Positions 1 to 10,439 of a stretch of DNA of 64,000 bases are shown piece by piece. The DNA lies in assembly GCA_903855135.1 (NCBI GenBank), contig CAINYB010000001.1, forward strand, positions 2,740 through 66,739. Reading direction: 5' to 3'. This DNA comes from an uncultured bacterium. Its GTDB lineage: Bacteria > Patescibacteriota > Patescibacteriia > UBA1558 > GWA2-36-10. A program made the translations under genes and the position numbers. Positions within the stretch are counted from its first letter, which is position 1. Each line of letters starts with the position of its first letter. Below the pieces are notes generated by a model. That model did no database searches and was not told the DNA's origin. It worked only from the letters and a program-made list of their open reading frames with translations.

Positions 1-1045
1 TGTAGTTAAGCCAATAACTTAAAATCAACATAAAAAATAATAATAAAACCAAAGCGCTTAATTTAGCTTTGGTAGTAAAGAAAATAGAAACTGCCCCAAA
101 TAATAAAGCTAAAAAAGAATATAATAAAACTACTTGTCTTTGTGATAAGCCGAGTTTTAACAAACGAAAATGCAAATGATGCTGATTGTCCCCTTGCCAA
201 AAAGCTTGTTTATTTTTTAAGCGTCTGATAATCACCCATAAAACATCTAAAGCCGGCAAACCCATCACTAATAAAGCAGTGGCAATTTTAGCTCCAGATA
301 AAATAGATAAAACTCCCAAAGCAAAACCAATAAAAGTACTACCCGATTCTCCTAAAAAAATCTTAGCTGGATGAAAATTCCACACCAAAAAACCTAAAAT
401 AGCGCCAGCTAAACCAAGACTTAATAAAGAAGTAGTCGATCCAGACACATCCCAACTAAGGCTCACTAAAAAAATGATGAAACTAGCGACCAAACCTAAA
501 GAGCTCACTAAGCCATCAAGACCATCTAAAACTTTGGTAGTATAGGTCATACCCAAAAGCCATAAAAAAGTAATAGCGAGCATGACAAGATTTGCCAAAT
601 CACCAAAGAAATTTTCAAAGTACCAGACTCCACCTTGCCAACTAGTCAAGTATGAAACTTTGACACCATCTATCAGCATCACCACAGAGGCCAAAATTGG
701 CCCCCAAATGCTTATTTTTGCCTTTAAGGCATATTTATCGTCTAGCAATCCAAAGACCATTAAGATCAAGCCAGCCACAAAAAAAGCGATTATTTTAGCT
801 AGTGATAATTTCGCATCCAAAAGCTGGTGAGTTGCGTATAAATAAAGACTCAAAACTAAAAGCGTCAGATAAATACTAAAACCACCTAATAAAGGAATTG
901 GCTTTTTATGAATTTTACGGGCATTATCTGGTTTATCTACTATCTGATATTTTGTGGCTAAATGCAAAACTACTTTAGTCAAAATAAGAGATAAAATAAA
1001 AGTGCTGAAAAAAATCCAAACAAATTTAAAATCAAAATAACTCAT
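1..1045 (-). CDS. UDP-GlcNAc:undecaprenyl-phosphate GlcNAc-1-phosphate transferase (WecA/TagO, MraY-like GT4 family); C-terminus runs off the window start
   Basis: The minus strand translated by eye from the ATG at 1043-1045 gives MSYFDFKFVWIFF...VDKPDNARKIHKKPIPLLGG...LLDDKYAL...NFHPAKIFLGESGSTFIGF...LPALDVLWVIIRRLKNKQAFWQGDNQHHLHFRLL, the canonical WecA/MraY motifs. It is absent from the ORF track because its stop lies outside the window. It shares an ATGA overlap with the ruvX stop. Confidence 0.75.
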   Translation of the reverse strand, partial: MSYFDFKFVWIFFSTFILSLILTKVVLHLATKYQIVDKPDNARKIHKKPIPLLGGFSIYLTLLVLSLYLYATHQLLDAKLSLAKIIAFFVAGLILMVFGLLDDKYALKAKISIWGPILASVVMLIDGVKVSYLTSWQGGVWYFENFFGDLANLVMLAITFLWLLGMTYTTKVLDGLDGLVSSLGLVASFIIFLVSLSWDVSGSTTSLLSLGLAGAILGFLVWNFHPAKIFLGESGSTFIGFALGVLSILSGAKIATALLVMGLPALDVLWVIIRRLKNKQAFWQGDNQHHLHFRLLKLGLSQRQVVLLYSFLALLFGAVSIFFTTKAKLSALVLLLFFMLILSYWLNY

Positions 1046-1383
1046 AAAGAGTGTTTTGCTAAATAAGTTTCTAAAATAGCAGTAGCTGAATATTTATCTA
1101 AATCTTTTTTGACGCCTTGCTTTTCATATAAAACAGAAGTCATCTGCTCATCAACAGTCACTACTTCTAAAGAAAAATGTTTTTTTAAGTCGCTAATAAA
1201 ATTTTTAGTAATCTCCAAGCGATCATTATTTTTGCCAGATAAGCTATGAGGCAAACCAACAACTATTAAAGAAATATTTTCTTGACGGATAATTTTTTCC
1301 AGCTCACTAAATAAATCAGCTGAGTTGTCTAAAATTTTATAAGGTATAGCCATGGAGCCTAATTCTGCCAAAGCTAAACCCAC
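1042..1383 (-). CDS. ruvX: Holliday-junction resolvase-like RuvX/YqgF (pre-16S rRNA nuclease); true start probably about 55 nt upstream (near 1438) at a non-ATG codon
   Basis: The track ORF (GTG start) matches the YqgF core. The in-frame upstream codons read ILVERKNLLGIDYGDKRVGLA, which is the canonical RuvX N-terminus. Confidence 0.7.
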   Translation of the reverse strand: MGLALAELGSMAIPYKILDNSADLFSELEKIIRQENISLIVVGLPHSLSGKNNDRLEITKNFISDLKKHFSLEVVTVDEQMTSVLYEKQGVKKDLDKYSATAILETYLAKHSL

Positions 1384-1439
1384 GCGTTTATCGCCATAAT
1401 CAATACCTAGTAAATTTTTGCGTTCAACTAAAATATCTT

Positions 1440-2201
1440 TTATTTATTAATTTTATTATCAGTTAAAATCTCATGACCGGTTTCCGTCACCACGACTGTG
1501 TGCTCAAAATGAGCCGTTAAGCTCTGATCTCTGGCTTGTACATCCCAATTATTTTTAGCTATCATCACCGCAAAATCACCGCCCAAAGTAATCATCGGCT
1601 CAATCGCTAGCACTAAACCCGGAAACATCTGCTCTAAACGCTTACCAGAATTATAATTAGGAATATATGGATCTTCATGCACTGCACGGCCTACACCATG
1701 GCCAGTCAAGTCTCTCACTATACCAAAACCATATGGTTTCACATATTTTTCAATAGCTTTACCGATATCACTGATATAGCCACCGGGTTTGACAGCTAAA
1801 ATACCAATTTGTAAGGCTTGCTGACAAACACTCAATAGCTCCTCAGCTTGCTCGCCAATATCGCCAACACCGACGGTGACAGCAGTATCAGTATAAAAAC
1901 CTTTATATTCCATACCTATATCTATCCCCACTAAATCACCTGTTTGGAAAGGAACTTTATTGGGGATGCCATGAACAACTGTCTGATTAACAGACACACA
2001 TAAAGCATTGGGGAAACCATGGTAATGTTTAAAAGCTGGCCTGCCACCGGCTTCTTTGATCAATTTTTCAGCTTTTGCATCTAGCTCTAAGCCTGTCATG
2101 CCCGCTTTAGTAGCATTTGCTAAAGCATCTCTAATTTGGCCTAAAATTAAGCCTCCTTCACGTAAAATAGCTATTTCGGCTGGAGTTTTTTTATCTAACA
2201 T
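1440..2201 (-). CDS. map: methionine aminopeptidase type I
   Basis: 253 aa with the MetAP pita-bread motifs (HGIP, GHGVG). Confidence 0.9.
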   Translation of the reverse strand: MLDKKTPAEIAILREGGLILGQIRDALANATKAGMTGLELDAKAEKLIKEAGGRPAFKHYHGFPNALCVSVNQTVVHGIPNKVPFQTGDLVGIDIGMEYKGFYTDTAVTVGVGDIGEQAEELLSVCQQALQIGILAVKPGGYISDIGKAIEKYVKPYGFGIVRDLTGHGVGRAVHEDPYIPNYNSGKRLEQMFPGLVLAIEPMITLGGDFAVMIAKNNWDVQARDQSLTAHFEHTVVVTETGHEILTDNKINK

Positions 2202-2847
2202 GAGCTTTTAAATAATTTAAAATGTCATCACTGACCAATTCAATCGATTCTGAACCATTAAACACTACTAATTTTTTTTGTTGGTGGTAATAATCCAAAA
2301 GTTTGGAAGTTTCATTACGATAAATCTTTAATCTTTTTAAAACAGTTTCCGGAGTATCGTCCGCTCTTTGCTCTAATTTTAGCTGACAAGTATCACAAAT
2401 ACCTTCTGTTTTAGGTAATTTATACAATAAATGAAAAATGTGTCCATTGGGACAAACTCGACGATTTGATAAACGGTCTACCGCCTCTTCATCTGAAATT
2501 TCAATATTAAAAACTTTATCAATTTTTATTTTAGTTTTTTCATCCAAATATTTAGCCTGAGTCACACTACGCGGAAAACCATCTAAAATAAAACCGTTTT
2601 TATACTCTTCTTTGTTTAAATTTTGCACCATCAAATCGATCATCCATTGATCAGGGATTAAGCCGCCAGTATTTACTATTTCGGCAATTTTTAAACCAAA
2701 CTCACTTTTACTTTTTATTTCTTGGCGTAAAACACCGCCAGCTAATAAAATATTGATGTCTAAAAATTGTTCTATTCTCTCTGCCTGGGTAGTTTTACCA
2801 GCACCTTGGGGACCTAATAAAATAATACGTTTTATCTTGTGTTCCAT
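2191..2847 (-). CDS. adk: adenylate kinase with zinc-binding lid
   Basis: P-loop GPQGAGKTTQ and CPNGH...CDTC. Confidence 0.9.
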   Translation of the reverse strand: MEHKIKRIILLGPQGAGKTTQAERIEQFLDINILLAGGVLRQEIKSKSEFGLKIAEIVNTGGLIPDQWMIDLMVQNLNKEEYKNGFILDGFPRSVTQAKYLDEKTKIKIDKVFNIEISDEEAVDRLSNRRVCPNGHIFHLLYKLPKTEGICDTCQLKLEQRADDTPETVLKRLKIYRNETSKLLDYYHQQKKLVVFNGSESIELVSDDILNYLKAHVR

Positions 2848-2880
2848 AAATTAATATTTCTATATTAAGCTATTTTTCAT

Positions 2881-2896
2881 CCCCGCATACGCGGGG
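2881..2896. repeat. 16-bp REP-like palindrome CCCCGCATACGCGGGG
   Basis: Perfect palindrome. Related copies lie at 22020-22035, 22092-22107 and 24025-24040. Confidence 0.6.
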
Positions 2897-2980
2897 AGAA
2901 GCAAAAAAATAATTTAAATAGCTGAGTAGATTATAACAAACTATTAGCTTTTACTCAAACAAAAATAGCCCTTTAAAAAA

Positions 2981-3056
2981 TACCCCCTCTGCCACTTCCG
3001 CCGAAGGCGGAAGCTGTCTTCTCCCCCTAAATTAGGGGGAGACCGAGAGGGGGTAC
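2981..3056. repeat. GC-rich three-way-junction palindromic element, subfamily A (outer stem taccccctct/agagggggta enclosing two hairpins, one of them ctccccctaaattagggggag)
   Basis: Seen directly in the sequence. A near reverse-complement copy lies at 36457-36536. Confidence 0.7.
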
Positions 3057-3081
3057 TTTAAAAAGAGTAATTATAAAAATT

Positions 3082-4359
3082 TTAAAAACCTTCGTAGTCA
3101 CGCATCACTAATTGAGCGTCAATTTGTTTAACAGTTTCGATCACCACCGCCACGACGATCAAGATAGAAGTGCCACCTAAAGAAATAGTCTGAATGCCAG
3201 TCAATGGTCCAATAATGATCGGTAAAACAGCTACTAGACCTAAAAACAAAGCCCCAGCAGAAATAATACGCACCATGACTTTATTTAAATACTCGGCTGT
3301 GTGTGTACCTGGTCTAATACCTGGAATAAAACCACCTTGTTTTTGTAAATTTTCTGCAATTTGTTGAGGATGAAAAATAATAGAAGTATAAAAATAGGTA
3401 AAGCCAACTACGGCTGCAAAATAGATAATACCGTAAAATAATTGATTCTTAAAGACAGTGATAATCCATTGAGAAAAATGTACTAACCAACTAGCATCAG
3501 AATTTAAGAAAAACTGAGCAATGGTTGGTGGCACAATGACAATGGAAATAGCAAAGATAATAGGAATAACACCAGCTTGATTGACACGCAAAGGTAAATG
3601 AGTGCTGACGCCACCAGCATTTCTTTGACCCACCATATGACGAGCGTAAGACACAGGAATATTACGTTGACCCTCAGTGATAATGACGATGGTGACGATA
3701 GTCACTAAGGCAATCAAAGTAAAGATGACAAAATTTAAAATCTGTGAGCTATCAAAAGCAATCAAAGTATTACCAAATGATTGTGGTAAGCTGGCTACGA
3801 TACCAGCAAAAATGATCAAAGAAATACCATTGCCGATTTTTTTCTCAGTGATTAACTCACCTAACCACATCAAAAACATACTACCAGCCACAATCATCAA
3901 TAAAGCTAAAAATACCTCAGCACTGGACATGGAGCCTAGCAAAGCACCATTAGTTTTTTGAGACAAGAGCTTGATAAAACCATAGCCCTGGATAAAAGCC
4001 AAAGGTACTGTCAATAATCTAGTATATTGGTTTAATTTTTGTTGACCATACTCGCCTTCTTTTTGCAAAGCTTCAAGCTTTGGCACGATCATAGCCAATA
4101 ATTGGAAAATAATCGAAGCCGTGATATAAGGACTGACACCTAACATCACTACAGAAAAATTCTGTAAACCACCACCAGAAAATAAATTTACCAGACCCAA
4201 AACATCATTAGCACCAAATAAACTCTTGAGGCTACTAGTGTCAACGCCAGGGATAGGGATATGAGCAGCAATTCTAAATACAATCAATAAGGCCAAAACA
4301 TAAAAGATGTTGTTACGGATCTCTTTAGCTTTCCAAATTTGTTGTAATTTTTTTAACAT
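3082..4359 (-). CDS. secY: preprotein translocase SecY
   Basis: 425 aa with 10 TM helices and SecY motifs. Confidence 0.9.
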   Translation of the reverse strand: MLKKLQQIWKAKEIRNNIFYVLALLIVFRIAAHIPIPGVDTSSLKSLFGANDVLGLVNLFSGGGLQNFSVVMLGVSPYITASIIFQLLAMIVPKLEALQKEGEYGQQKLNQYTRLLTVPLAFIQGYGFIKLLSQKTNGALLGSMSSAEVFLALLMIVAGSMFLMWLGELITEKKIGNGISLIIFAGIVASLPQSFGNTLIAFDSSQILNFVIFTLIALVTIVTIVIITEGQRNIPVSYARHMVGQRNAGGVSTHLPLRVNQAGVIPIIFAISIVIVPPTIAQFFLNSDASWLVHFSQWIITVFKNQLFYGIIYFAAVVGFTYFYTSIIFHPQQIAENLQKQGGFIPGIRPGTHTAEYLNKVMVRIISAGALFLGLVAVLPIIIGPLTGIQTISLGGTSILIVVAVVIETVKQIDAQLVMRDYEGF

Positions 4360-4388
4360 TTTATTTATATCGCCCGGTGGGCGAATTG

Positions 4389-4865
4389 TTATTTTTTCTC
4401 AATTTTTTCCACTGGTCTTAAGGCAATGACAATAACTTTACCACCAGCAGTTTCAATCGCTTTTTTAGCACTTTCAGAAAAAGCATGCGCTTCTACGGTC
4501 AATTTTTTGGTCAAAGAACCAGCAGATAAGATCTTTACGCCATTATCCAAAGATTGCACTAAACCTTTTTTAATCAAGGTGCGCAAATTTACTAATTGAC
4601 CATCATTAAATTGGCTTTGTAGGTCTTTCAAATTGACGATAGCCATTTTAGCAGTCAAAGATCTAAAACCACGGGTTTTTGGAATACCCAATAAATAGCT
4701 TTTCATGCTACGAGCAGTCAAACCTGATTTACCACCAGAACGAGCTTTTTGACCTTTTAAACCACGAGTGGAATAAGTACCGCGTCCAGAAGCGTTACCA
4801 CGACCAACTCTTTTCTTGGCTTTATTAACACCTGGCTTTGTTTGAAGATTGTGCAAAGACAACAT
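4389..4865 (-). CDS. rplO: 50S ribosomal protein L15
   Basis: GRGNASGRGTYSTRG motif. It lies only 11 nt from rpsE, so no L30 gene intervenes. Confidence 0.9.
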   Translation of the reverse strand: MLSLHNLQTKPGVNKAKKRVGRGNASGRGTYSTRGLKGQKARSGGKSGLTARSMKSYLLGIPKTRGFRSLTAKMAIVNLKDLQSQFNDGQLVNLRTLIKKGLVQSLDNGVKILSAGSLTKKLTVEAHAFSESAKKAIETAGGKVIVIALRPVEKIEKK

Positions 4866-4876
4866 ATATTTTTAAT

Positions 4877-5467
4877 TTAAGCTTTTTCTTGATTATTTGC
4901 ATTTTCCGCCACTACTCTAGCTGGTTTAGCATTAGTGTGCTTGATTTTAAAACCAGTCAAAGCATTGATAGTAGCGCGAACATTATTTACTTTATTATTT
5001 GAACCTAAGATTTTACCAACAGCATCTTTGACACCGGCTAAATCTAAGATAATTCTAACCGCACCACCAGCTTTGATACCGCTACCTTTTTTGGCAGGTT
5101 TAAGCATTAAGTGAGCAGCCTTGAACTTCATGTTAATTTTGTGTGGTAAAGTACCATCAACAATTGGCACATGAACAATGTTTTTCTTGGCTTGGCGCAC
5201 TGCTTTAGTGATAGAATCAGATACATCAGCACCTTTGGCTAGACCCATACCCACTCTACCTTTACCATCACCAATCACCATACAAGCTCGGAATTTCATA
5301 CGTTTACCACCAGCCATAACACGAGTAACACGAGCCAAATCAATCATGCGTTGTTGGAATTCTTCTTTTTCCTTTTCTGGTCTTGGAGATCGGCCTCGGT
5401 TATTCATCCTACCTTTAAATGGAGGTCTATCTTGTTTTTTTTCTTGTTTGATATTTTCTTCTGCCAT
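4877..5467 (-). CDS. rpsE: 30S ribosomal protein S5 with basic N-terminal extension
   Basis: S5 dsRBD and C-terminal domains. Confidence 0.9.
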   Translation of the reverse strand: MAEENIKQEKKQDRPPFKGRMNNRGRSPRPEKEKEEFQQRMIDLARVTRVMAGGKRMKFRACMVIGDGKGRVGMGLAKGADVSDSITKAVRQAKKNIVHVPIVDGTLPHKINMKFKAAHLMLKPAKKGSGIKAGGAVRIILDLAGVKDAVGKILGSNNKVNNVRATINALTGFKIKHTNAKPARVVAENANNQEKA

Positions 5468-5475
5468 AATATTAA

Positions 5476-5832
5476 CTAAAATTTAATACCGCCTTTTCTA
5501 ATGCCGTCAGCCAAAGCTTGGACACGACCATGATATTTATAAGCACCTTTATCAAAAACAGCTTCTTTGATGTTTTTCTCGGCTAATTTCTTACCCATCA
5601 ACTCACCTACTTGGGCGGCAATTTCTGATTTTTTACCTTTAACTTTGATTTCTTTATCAGAAGCAGTTGCTAAAGTAGTAGCTTTGACATCATCAATGGC
5701 TTGGACGTAAATATGTAATAAACTACGAAAAACAGACAAACGAGGTTTTAAGCTTGTGCCTTCCATCTTAGCTCTGGTGCGAATACGACGACGTAAAATT
5801 TTCGCACTTTTGATTTTATTTGCATCTTTCAT
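5476..5832 (-). CDS. rplR: 50S ribosomal protein L18
   Basis: Homology by inspection. Confidence 0.85.
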   Translation of the reverse strand: MKDANKIKSAKILRRRIRTRAKMEGTSLKPRLSVFRSLLHIYVQAIDDVKATTLATASDKEIKVKGKKSEIAAQVGELMGKKLAEKNIKEAVFDKGAYKYHGRVQALADGIRKGGIKF

Positions 5833-5837
5833 AATTT

Positions 5838-6389
5838 TTATGATTTAACGACTTTACCAGCCTTACGTCTAATAACTTCGTCACTATATTTAATACCTTT
5901 GCCTTTGTAAGGTTCTGGTTTTTTAATCTTTCTAATTTCAGCGGCAGTTTGACCAACCATTTGTTTATCGATACCGGAAATTTTGATCACATTTTTTTCG
6001 GTTTCAATATTGATGCCTGGACGGCTAGGATATTCGACTGGATGAGAAAAACCAACATTTAAAGTAAGTTTATTATTTTGAGCATTAGCTTTAAAACCAA
6101 CACCGTTGATCTCTAAACTCTTGCTAAAACCTTCGGTGACACCAATAACAGCATTGTTCACTAAATTTCTAGCTAAACCCCAAAAAGCACGGGTTTTGTT
6201 ATCAGTAATATCAGCGATACTTAAAAGCAATTGATCATCTACTTGTTCAATTTTTACACCCTGAGGTAAAACTACATCTAAAGTTCCTTTTGGCCCTTTG
6301 ACGTTCACATTCACCTTAGTGTCCAAAACATCAAACTTGATGTCCACACCTTTAGGAATAATAATTGGTTTTTTTCCGATTCTTGACAT
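5838..6389 (-). CDS. rplF: 50S ribosomal protein L6
   Basis: Homology by inspection. Confidence 0.9.
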   Translation of the reverse strand: MSRIGKKPIIIPKGVDIKFDVLDTKVNVNVKGPKGTLDVVLPQGVKIEQVDDQLLLSIADITDNKTRAFWGLARNLVNNAVIGVTEGFSKSLEINGVGFKANAQNNKLTLNVGFSHPVEYPSRPGINIETEKNVIKISGIDKQMVGQTAAEIRKIKKPEPYKGKGIKYSDEVIRRKAGKVVKS

Positions 6390-6418
6390 ATATTTACTTA
6401 TTTACTTTAGGTGTTATT

Positions 6419-6808
6419 TTACCAAATTTCGCACATTAATTCGCCACCAACTTTATCTTGTCTGGCCTGTTGGCTAGACATAATACCTTTGGAAGTAGAA
6501 ACAATAGCCAAACCAAAGCCATTCAAAACTCTAGGCACATTTTCTTTATTGACATAAATCTTTTGACCTGGTTTAGAAATTCTTTTTAAATGATTCAAAG
6601 CAGGACGACCATTTTCATATTTTAATTCTACTCGAATAAAAGGACGAGCAGTGACTTCAATTTTTTCTGCTTTTTTAATATAATGTTCAGCCTCTAACAA
6701 TTTGGCAATACTAAACTTTACCTTAGAAAAAGGTAAAACTACCTCTGACTTTTTTACAGCCACGGCATTGCGTAGTCTTGTTAACATATCGGCGATAGGA
6801 TCTGTCAT
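6419..6808 (-). CDS. rpsH: 30S ribosomal protein S8
   Basis: Homology by inspection. Confidence 0.9.
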   Translation of the reverse strand: MTDPIADMLTRLRNAVAVKKSEVVLPFSKVKFSIAKLLEAEHYIKKAEKIEVTARPFIRVELKYENGRPALNHLKRISKPGQKIYVNKENVPRVLNGFGLAIVSTSKGIMSSQQARQDKVGGELMCEIW

Positions 6809-6838
6809 AATATTTTTGAATTTATTAAAAAATAATTT

Positions 6839-7033
6839 TTACCAACTTGATTTTGTTACTCCTGGGATTTCTCCCTTGCTCGCTAACTCTCTAAAACAAA
6901 TACGGCATAAATGAAACTGCCTCATATAAGCGTGTTTTTTACCACAACGCCAACAACGACGGACAATTCTCGTGGAAAACTTTGGGTTTTCCATAGATCT
7001 CTTTGATTTTGCAATTTGTGCTTGTGTTGCCAT
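6839..7033 (-). CDS. rpsZ: 30S ribosomal protein S14 type Z (zinc ribbon)
   Basis: 64 aa with CxxC...CxxC. Confidence 0.9.
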   Translation of the reverse strand: MATQAQIAKSKRSMENPKFSTRIVRRCWRCGKKHAYMRQFHLCRICFRELASKGEIPGVTKSSW

Positions 7034-7038
7034 ATCTA

Positions 7039-7590
7039 TTATTTCTTATTTTTCTTAAAGGGAAAGCCAAGTGAGCTTAATAAAGCAAAGGCTTGTTTTT
7101 CATCATGAGCGGAAGTTGCAACTGTAAGCTCTAAAGGATGAATTTTATCTAAATCTTCCATACCAATTTCTGGAAAAACAATGTGTTCTTTGAAACCAAT
7201 GGTGAAGTTACCATTCTCATCAAAACCTTTATGATTTTCTAAGCCATGAAAATCACGTAAACGAGGAAAAGTGACATTGATTAATTTTTCTAAAAAATCA
7301 TACATTTTTTCACCACGTAAAGTGACTTTAGCACCTACTACCATACCTTGTCTGATCTTAAAATTAGAGATAGACTTTTTGGCTTTGGTTAAAACTGGTT
7401 TTTGGCCACTAATACGCTCCAAAATACTTTGTACTATTTCTACCCATTGTTTGTTGCTCAAAGATCTACCTAAACCAACATTAATCACAACCTTTTGCAC
7501 TTTAGGCACGGACATGATGTTTTTTAAACTCAAATCTTTTTGTAATTGAGGTCTTAAAACTTTTTGATATTTTTCTGCTAATTGATTCAT
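7039..7590 (-). CDS. rplE: 50S ribosomal protein L5
   Basis: Homology by inspection. Confidence 0.9.
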   Translation of the reverse strand: MNQLAEKYQKVLRPQLQKDLSLKNIMSVPKVQKVVINVGLGRSLSNKQWVEIVQSILERISGQKPVLTKAKKSISNFKIRQGMVVGAKVTLRGEKMYDFLEKLINVTFPRLRDFHGLENHKGFDENGNFTIGFKEHIVFPEIGMEDLDKIHPLELTVATSAHDEKQAFALLSSLGFPFKKNKK

Positions 7591-7599
7591 AAATTTTTT

Positions 7600-7920
7600 T
7601 TAATCAATCACTTCATTAGCTTTTTTACTAAGACGTGATTTACTCTTATCACCATTGACTTTCATTCCCACTCTAGTGGCTTTATTAGTTTTTGGGCATA
7701 AAAGCATGACGTTGCTCAAGTGAAGTGGGCCATTAAACTCTACTCTTTGACCTTTTTCGCCTTTGCGACGACTCTTAATATGTTTATACATAATGTTGAC
7801 ACCCTCAACTACTACCTTATCTAAATCAGGTAGAATTTGAGTGATCTTGCCGGTTTTACCTTTACTTTTGCCAGCAATCACTATGACTTGATCATTTACT
7901 TTTAATTTAGTTTTTTTCAT
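7600..7920 (-). CDS. rplX: 50S ribosomal protein L24
   Basis: KOW motif. Confidence 0.9.
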   Translation of the reverse strand: MKKTKLKVNDQVIVIAGKSKGKTGKITQILPDLDKVVVEGVNIMYKHIKSRRKGEKGQRVEFNGPLHLSNVMLLCPKTNKATRVGMKVNGDKSKSRLSKKANEVID

Positions 7921-7921
7921 A

Positions 7922-8293
7922 CTACAATACCTCCGGTGCTAAAGAAATAATTTTATTAAAGCCTTTAACTCTTAATTCACGAGCCACTGGCCCAAAAATA
8001 CGAGTTCCTTTTGGTTCTTTATTTTTTTTATCAATAATCACCACAGCGTTTTCACCAAAACGAATGTAAGTGCCATTTTTACGACGAGTTTCTTTACGTT
8101 GACGGACAATAACAGCGTGAACAACTTGGCTCTTTTTCACTTGAGCATAAGGTTGAGCTGATTTGACAGCTACGGTAATGATGTCGCCTAAACGGGCATA
8201 ACGCTTTTTGTAGCCACCAGAAACATGGATGCATTGCACTAGCTTTGCACCGGAATTATCGGCAACTTTTAGCATTGATCTGTGTTGAATCAT
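7922..8293 (-). CDS. rplN: 50S ribosomal protein L14
   Basis: Homology by inspection. Confidence 0.9.
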   Translation of the reverse strand: MIQHRSMLKVADNSGAKLVQCIHVSGGYKKRYARLGDIITVAVKSAQPYAQVKKSQVVHAVIVRQRKETRRKNGTYIRFGENAVVIIDKKNKEPKGTRIFGPVARELRVKGFNKIISLAPEVL

Positions 8294-8319
8294 ATATTTT
8301 TACTTGACTTGTTTATGCT

Positions 8320-8562
8320 TTATTTAGTGGCTACTCTCCATTTTTTATCTTTGGATAGCGGACGGCAGGCAACAATGCTCACTTTATCACCAATTTTACA
8401 AGTATTATTTTCATCATGAGCCTTGTAATTAGTGCTAACTTGATATTGTTTCTTATATTTTGGATGAGTCTTGATTTTGATCACTTTGACTACTACGGTC
8501 TTGTTCATTTTGTCGCTGACGACCACGCCATCCATTTTTCTAATAATTACTTCTTTTGTCAT
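8320..8562 (-). CDS. rpsQ: 30S ribosomal protein S17
   Basis: Homology by inspection. Confidence 0.9.
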   Translation of the reverse strand: MTKEVIIRKMDGVVVSDKMNKTVVVKVIKIKTHPKYKKQYQVSTNYKAHDENNTCKIGDKVSIVACRPLSKDKKWRVATK

Positions 8563-8568
8563 AATATT

Positions 8569-8763
8569 TTATTTCTTAAGATTTACACTTTTCAGCACCG
8601 TCAAAATACGAGCAATATCATGTTTGTTTTTACGTAAATCTCTAACATGATTTAACTGATTATTAGCAATACTAAAACGTAGCTCGCGATTTTTATTTCG
8701 CAATTCTGCTAATTTTTCATGCAAATCATTGATGCTTAATTGTTTTAATTCTTGAATTTTCAT
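8569..8763 (-). CDS. rpmC: 50S ribosomal protein L29
   Basis: Homology by inspection. Confidence 0.85.
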   Translation of the reverse strand: MKIQELKQLSINDLHEKLAELRNKNRELRFSIANNQLNHVRDLRKNKHDIARILTVLKSVNLKK

Positions 8764-8768
8764 AAAGC

Positions 8769-9185
8769 TTATCTTAAATCTTTGGTGACAAAACGAGTTT
8801 TGACTGGTAACTTATAAGCGGCTAATTGTAAAGCTTTTTTACAAGTAGCTTCGTCTGGACCGATCATTTCAAACATCACATTACCTGGCTTGACTACGGC
8901 GACATAGTGATCAACCGCACCCTTACCTTTACCCATCGGCATTTCATTACCTTTGGCAGTAATTGGTTTATCTGGAAAAATACGAATAAATACTTCGGCG
9001 CCACGTTGGACATGACCAGTGATAGCACGACGAGCTGATTCGATTTGGCGGGAAGTGATCCAGCCAGCTTCTAAGCTTTTCAAACCATACTCACCAAAGC
9101 TAACTTTGGTCATACGGGTGGCCTTACCTTTGATTTGGTCGCCTCTTTGCCACTTTCTATGTTTTAATTTCTTTGGAGCTAACAT
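8769..9185 (-). CDS. rplP: 50S ribosomal protein L16
   Basis: Homology by inspection. Confidence 0.9.
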   Translation of the reverse strand: MLAPKKLKHRKWQRGDQIKGKATRMTKVSFGEYGLKSLEAGWITSRQIESARRAITGHVQRGAEVFIRIFPDKPITAKGNEMPMGKGKGAVDHYVAVVKPGNVMFEMIGPDEATCKKALQLAAYKLPVKTRFVTKDLR

Positions 9186-9187
9186 AT

Positions 9188-9919
9188 TTATTTCTTATTA
9201 TCTACTACTTGAATATTTGCTTTATCTTTGGAAAATAATTTAAAAGTTTTGACTGGTTCTACTATCTCTTCTTTTTTAGTCTTTTTGGCAAATAATTCAC
9301 CACGATAGATCCAGACTTTAATGCCGATAACACCATAAGTAGTTGAAGCTACACCACGGCTGTAATTTACATCTGCTCTCAAAGTGCTGACCGGAATAGT
9401 ACCTTGAACCAATTTTTCACGACGAGCGATATCGACACCGTTTAAACGTCCAGAAACAATAATCTTCACACCTTTGGCACCAGCGTGCATCACTTTTTCA
9501 ATGTTTTGTTTCAAAACTCTACGAAAAGGAATACGACGTTCTAAATCTTCGGCTACAGCTTGGACAATGACAGCAGCTGATAAGCTTGGGTTATTGATTT
9601 CCGTGACATTTAACTGCAATTTCATATTGCGTTCTAAAAATTTACGGGCAATCAATTTTTTCAAATCTTCAATGCCAGCTCCACCACGACCAATAATCAA
9701 ACCTGGTTTAGCAGATTGAATATTAATAGTGATTTCACCACGGTTACGTTCAATTTCGATCTTATCAATACCAGATTCTTTCAATTTCTTTTTCAAGAAT
9801 CGGCGGATAGTCACATCTTGTTGCAAAAATTGAGCATAATCTTTACCAGAATACCAGCGAGATAGCCAATTTTCACTCAAACCAAGGCGGAATAATTTTG
9901 GATTTATTTTACGTCCCAT
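9188..9919 (-). CDS. rpsC: 30S ribosomal protein S3
   Basis: KH domain and S3 C-terminal domain. Confidence 0.9.
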   Translation of the reverse strand: MGRKINPKLFRLGLSENWLSRWYSGKDYAQFLQQDVTIRRFLKKKLKESGIDKIEIERNRGEITINIQSAKPGLIIGRGGAGIEDLKKLIARKFLERNMKLQLNVTEINNPSLSAAVIVQAVAEDLERRIPFRRVLKQNIEKVMHAGAKGVKIIVSGRLNGVDIARREKLVQGTIPVSTLRADVNYSRGVASTTYGVIGIKVWIYRGELFAKKTKKEEIVEPVKTFKLFSKDKANIQVVDNKK

Positions 9920-9921
9920 AA

Positions 9922-10419
9922 CTATTTCTTATTATCTTTTTTATCTTCAGTCTTAGTAGCTTTTTTTACGAGCTTCTCTTTTTTTTCTTTAGTATCTGTT
10001 TTGGCGGTTTTTTCCATATCAGCTAATTTGACAGTTTCAGCTTCCACTTTCTTTTCTTTCACTTTACTCACTACTTTAGCACCGTCTTTGGCAGTCAAAA
10101 CAACAGTGATATGAGCAGAATGTTTACGGAAAGGATGAGCTCTACCAAAAGCAGCAGGTTTAAAACGTTTTAAATCCATGCCTTTGTTGACGATGATACT
10201 TTTGATCATCAAGTCTTCTACGGCTACTTCATAACGATCTTGAGCATTAGCTACTGCTGAGCGTAATAATTTCTCAATCATTGGAGCAGATTTTTTAAAA
10301 ATGACTGGCAAACGAAATAAAGCCTGGCTCACACTCAAACCACGCACAGCACCAGCCACTAGCCTGACTTTCTTTTGTGAAACTTTAACGGAATTTAATT
10401 TTGCTTTGATCTCAATCAT
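9922..10419 (-). CDS. rplV: 50S ribosomal protein L22 with K/E-rich C-terminal extension
   Basis: Homology by inspection. Confidence 0.85.
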   Translation of the reverse strand: MIEIKAKLNSVKVSQKKVRLVAGAVRGLSVSQALFRLPVIFKKSAPMIEKLLRSAVANAQDRYEVAVEDLMIKSIIVNKGMDLKRFKPAAFGRAHPFRKHSAHITVVLTAKDGAKVVSKVKEKKVEAETVKLADMEKTAKTDTKEKKEKLVKKATKTEDKKDNKK

Positions 10420-10439
10420 AGAATTATTTTAAGCTTGCT

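Noticed and set aside
186-830. Two short plus-strand ORFs (62 and 82 aa)
   Set aside because: Both lie antisense within the WecA/MraY-like minus-strand gene that runs off the window start.
3677-3961. 94-aa plus-strand ORF inside secY, and similar internal ORFs at 5178..5486, 7271..7549, 9474..9719, 12281..12568, 14390..14644, 20463..20932, 39194..39469, 43327..48739 and 61506..61983
   Set aside because: All are embedded antisense or out of frame within well-supported conserved genes, and their products are compositionally atypical. They are ORF-finder noise.
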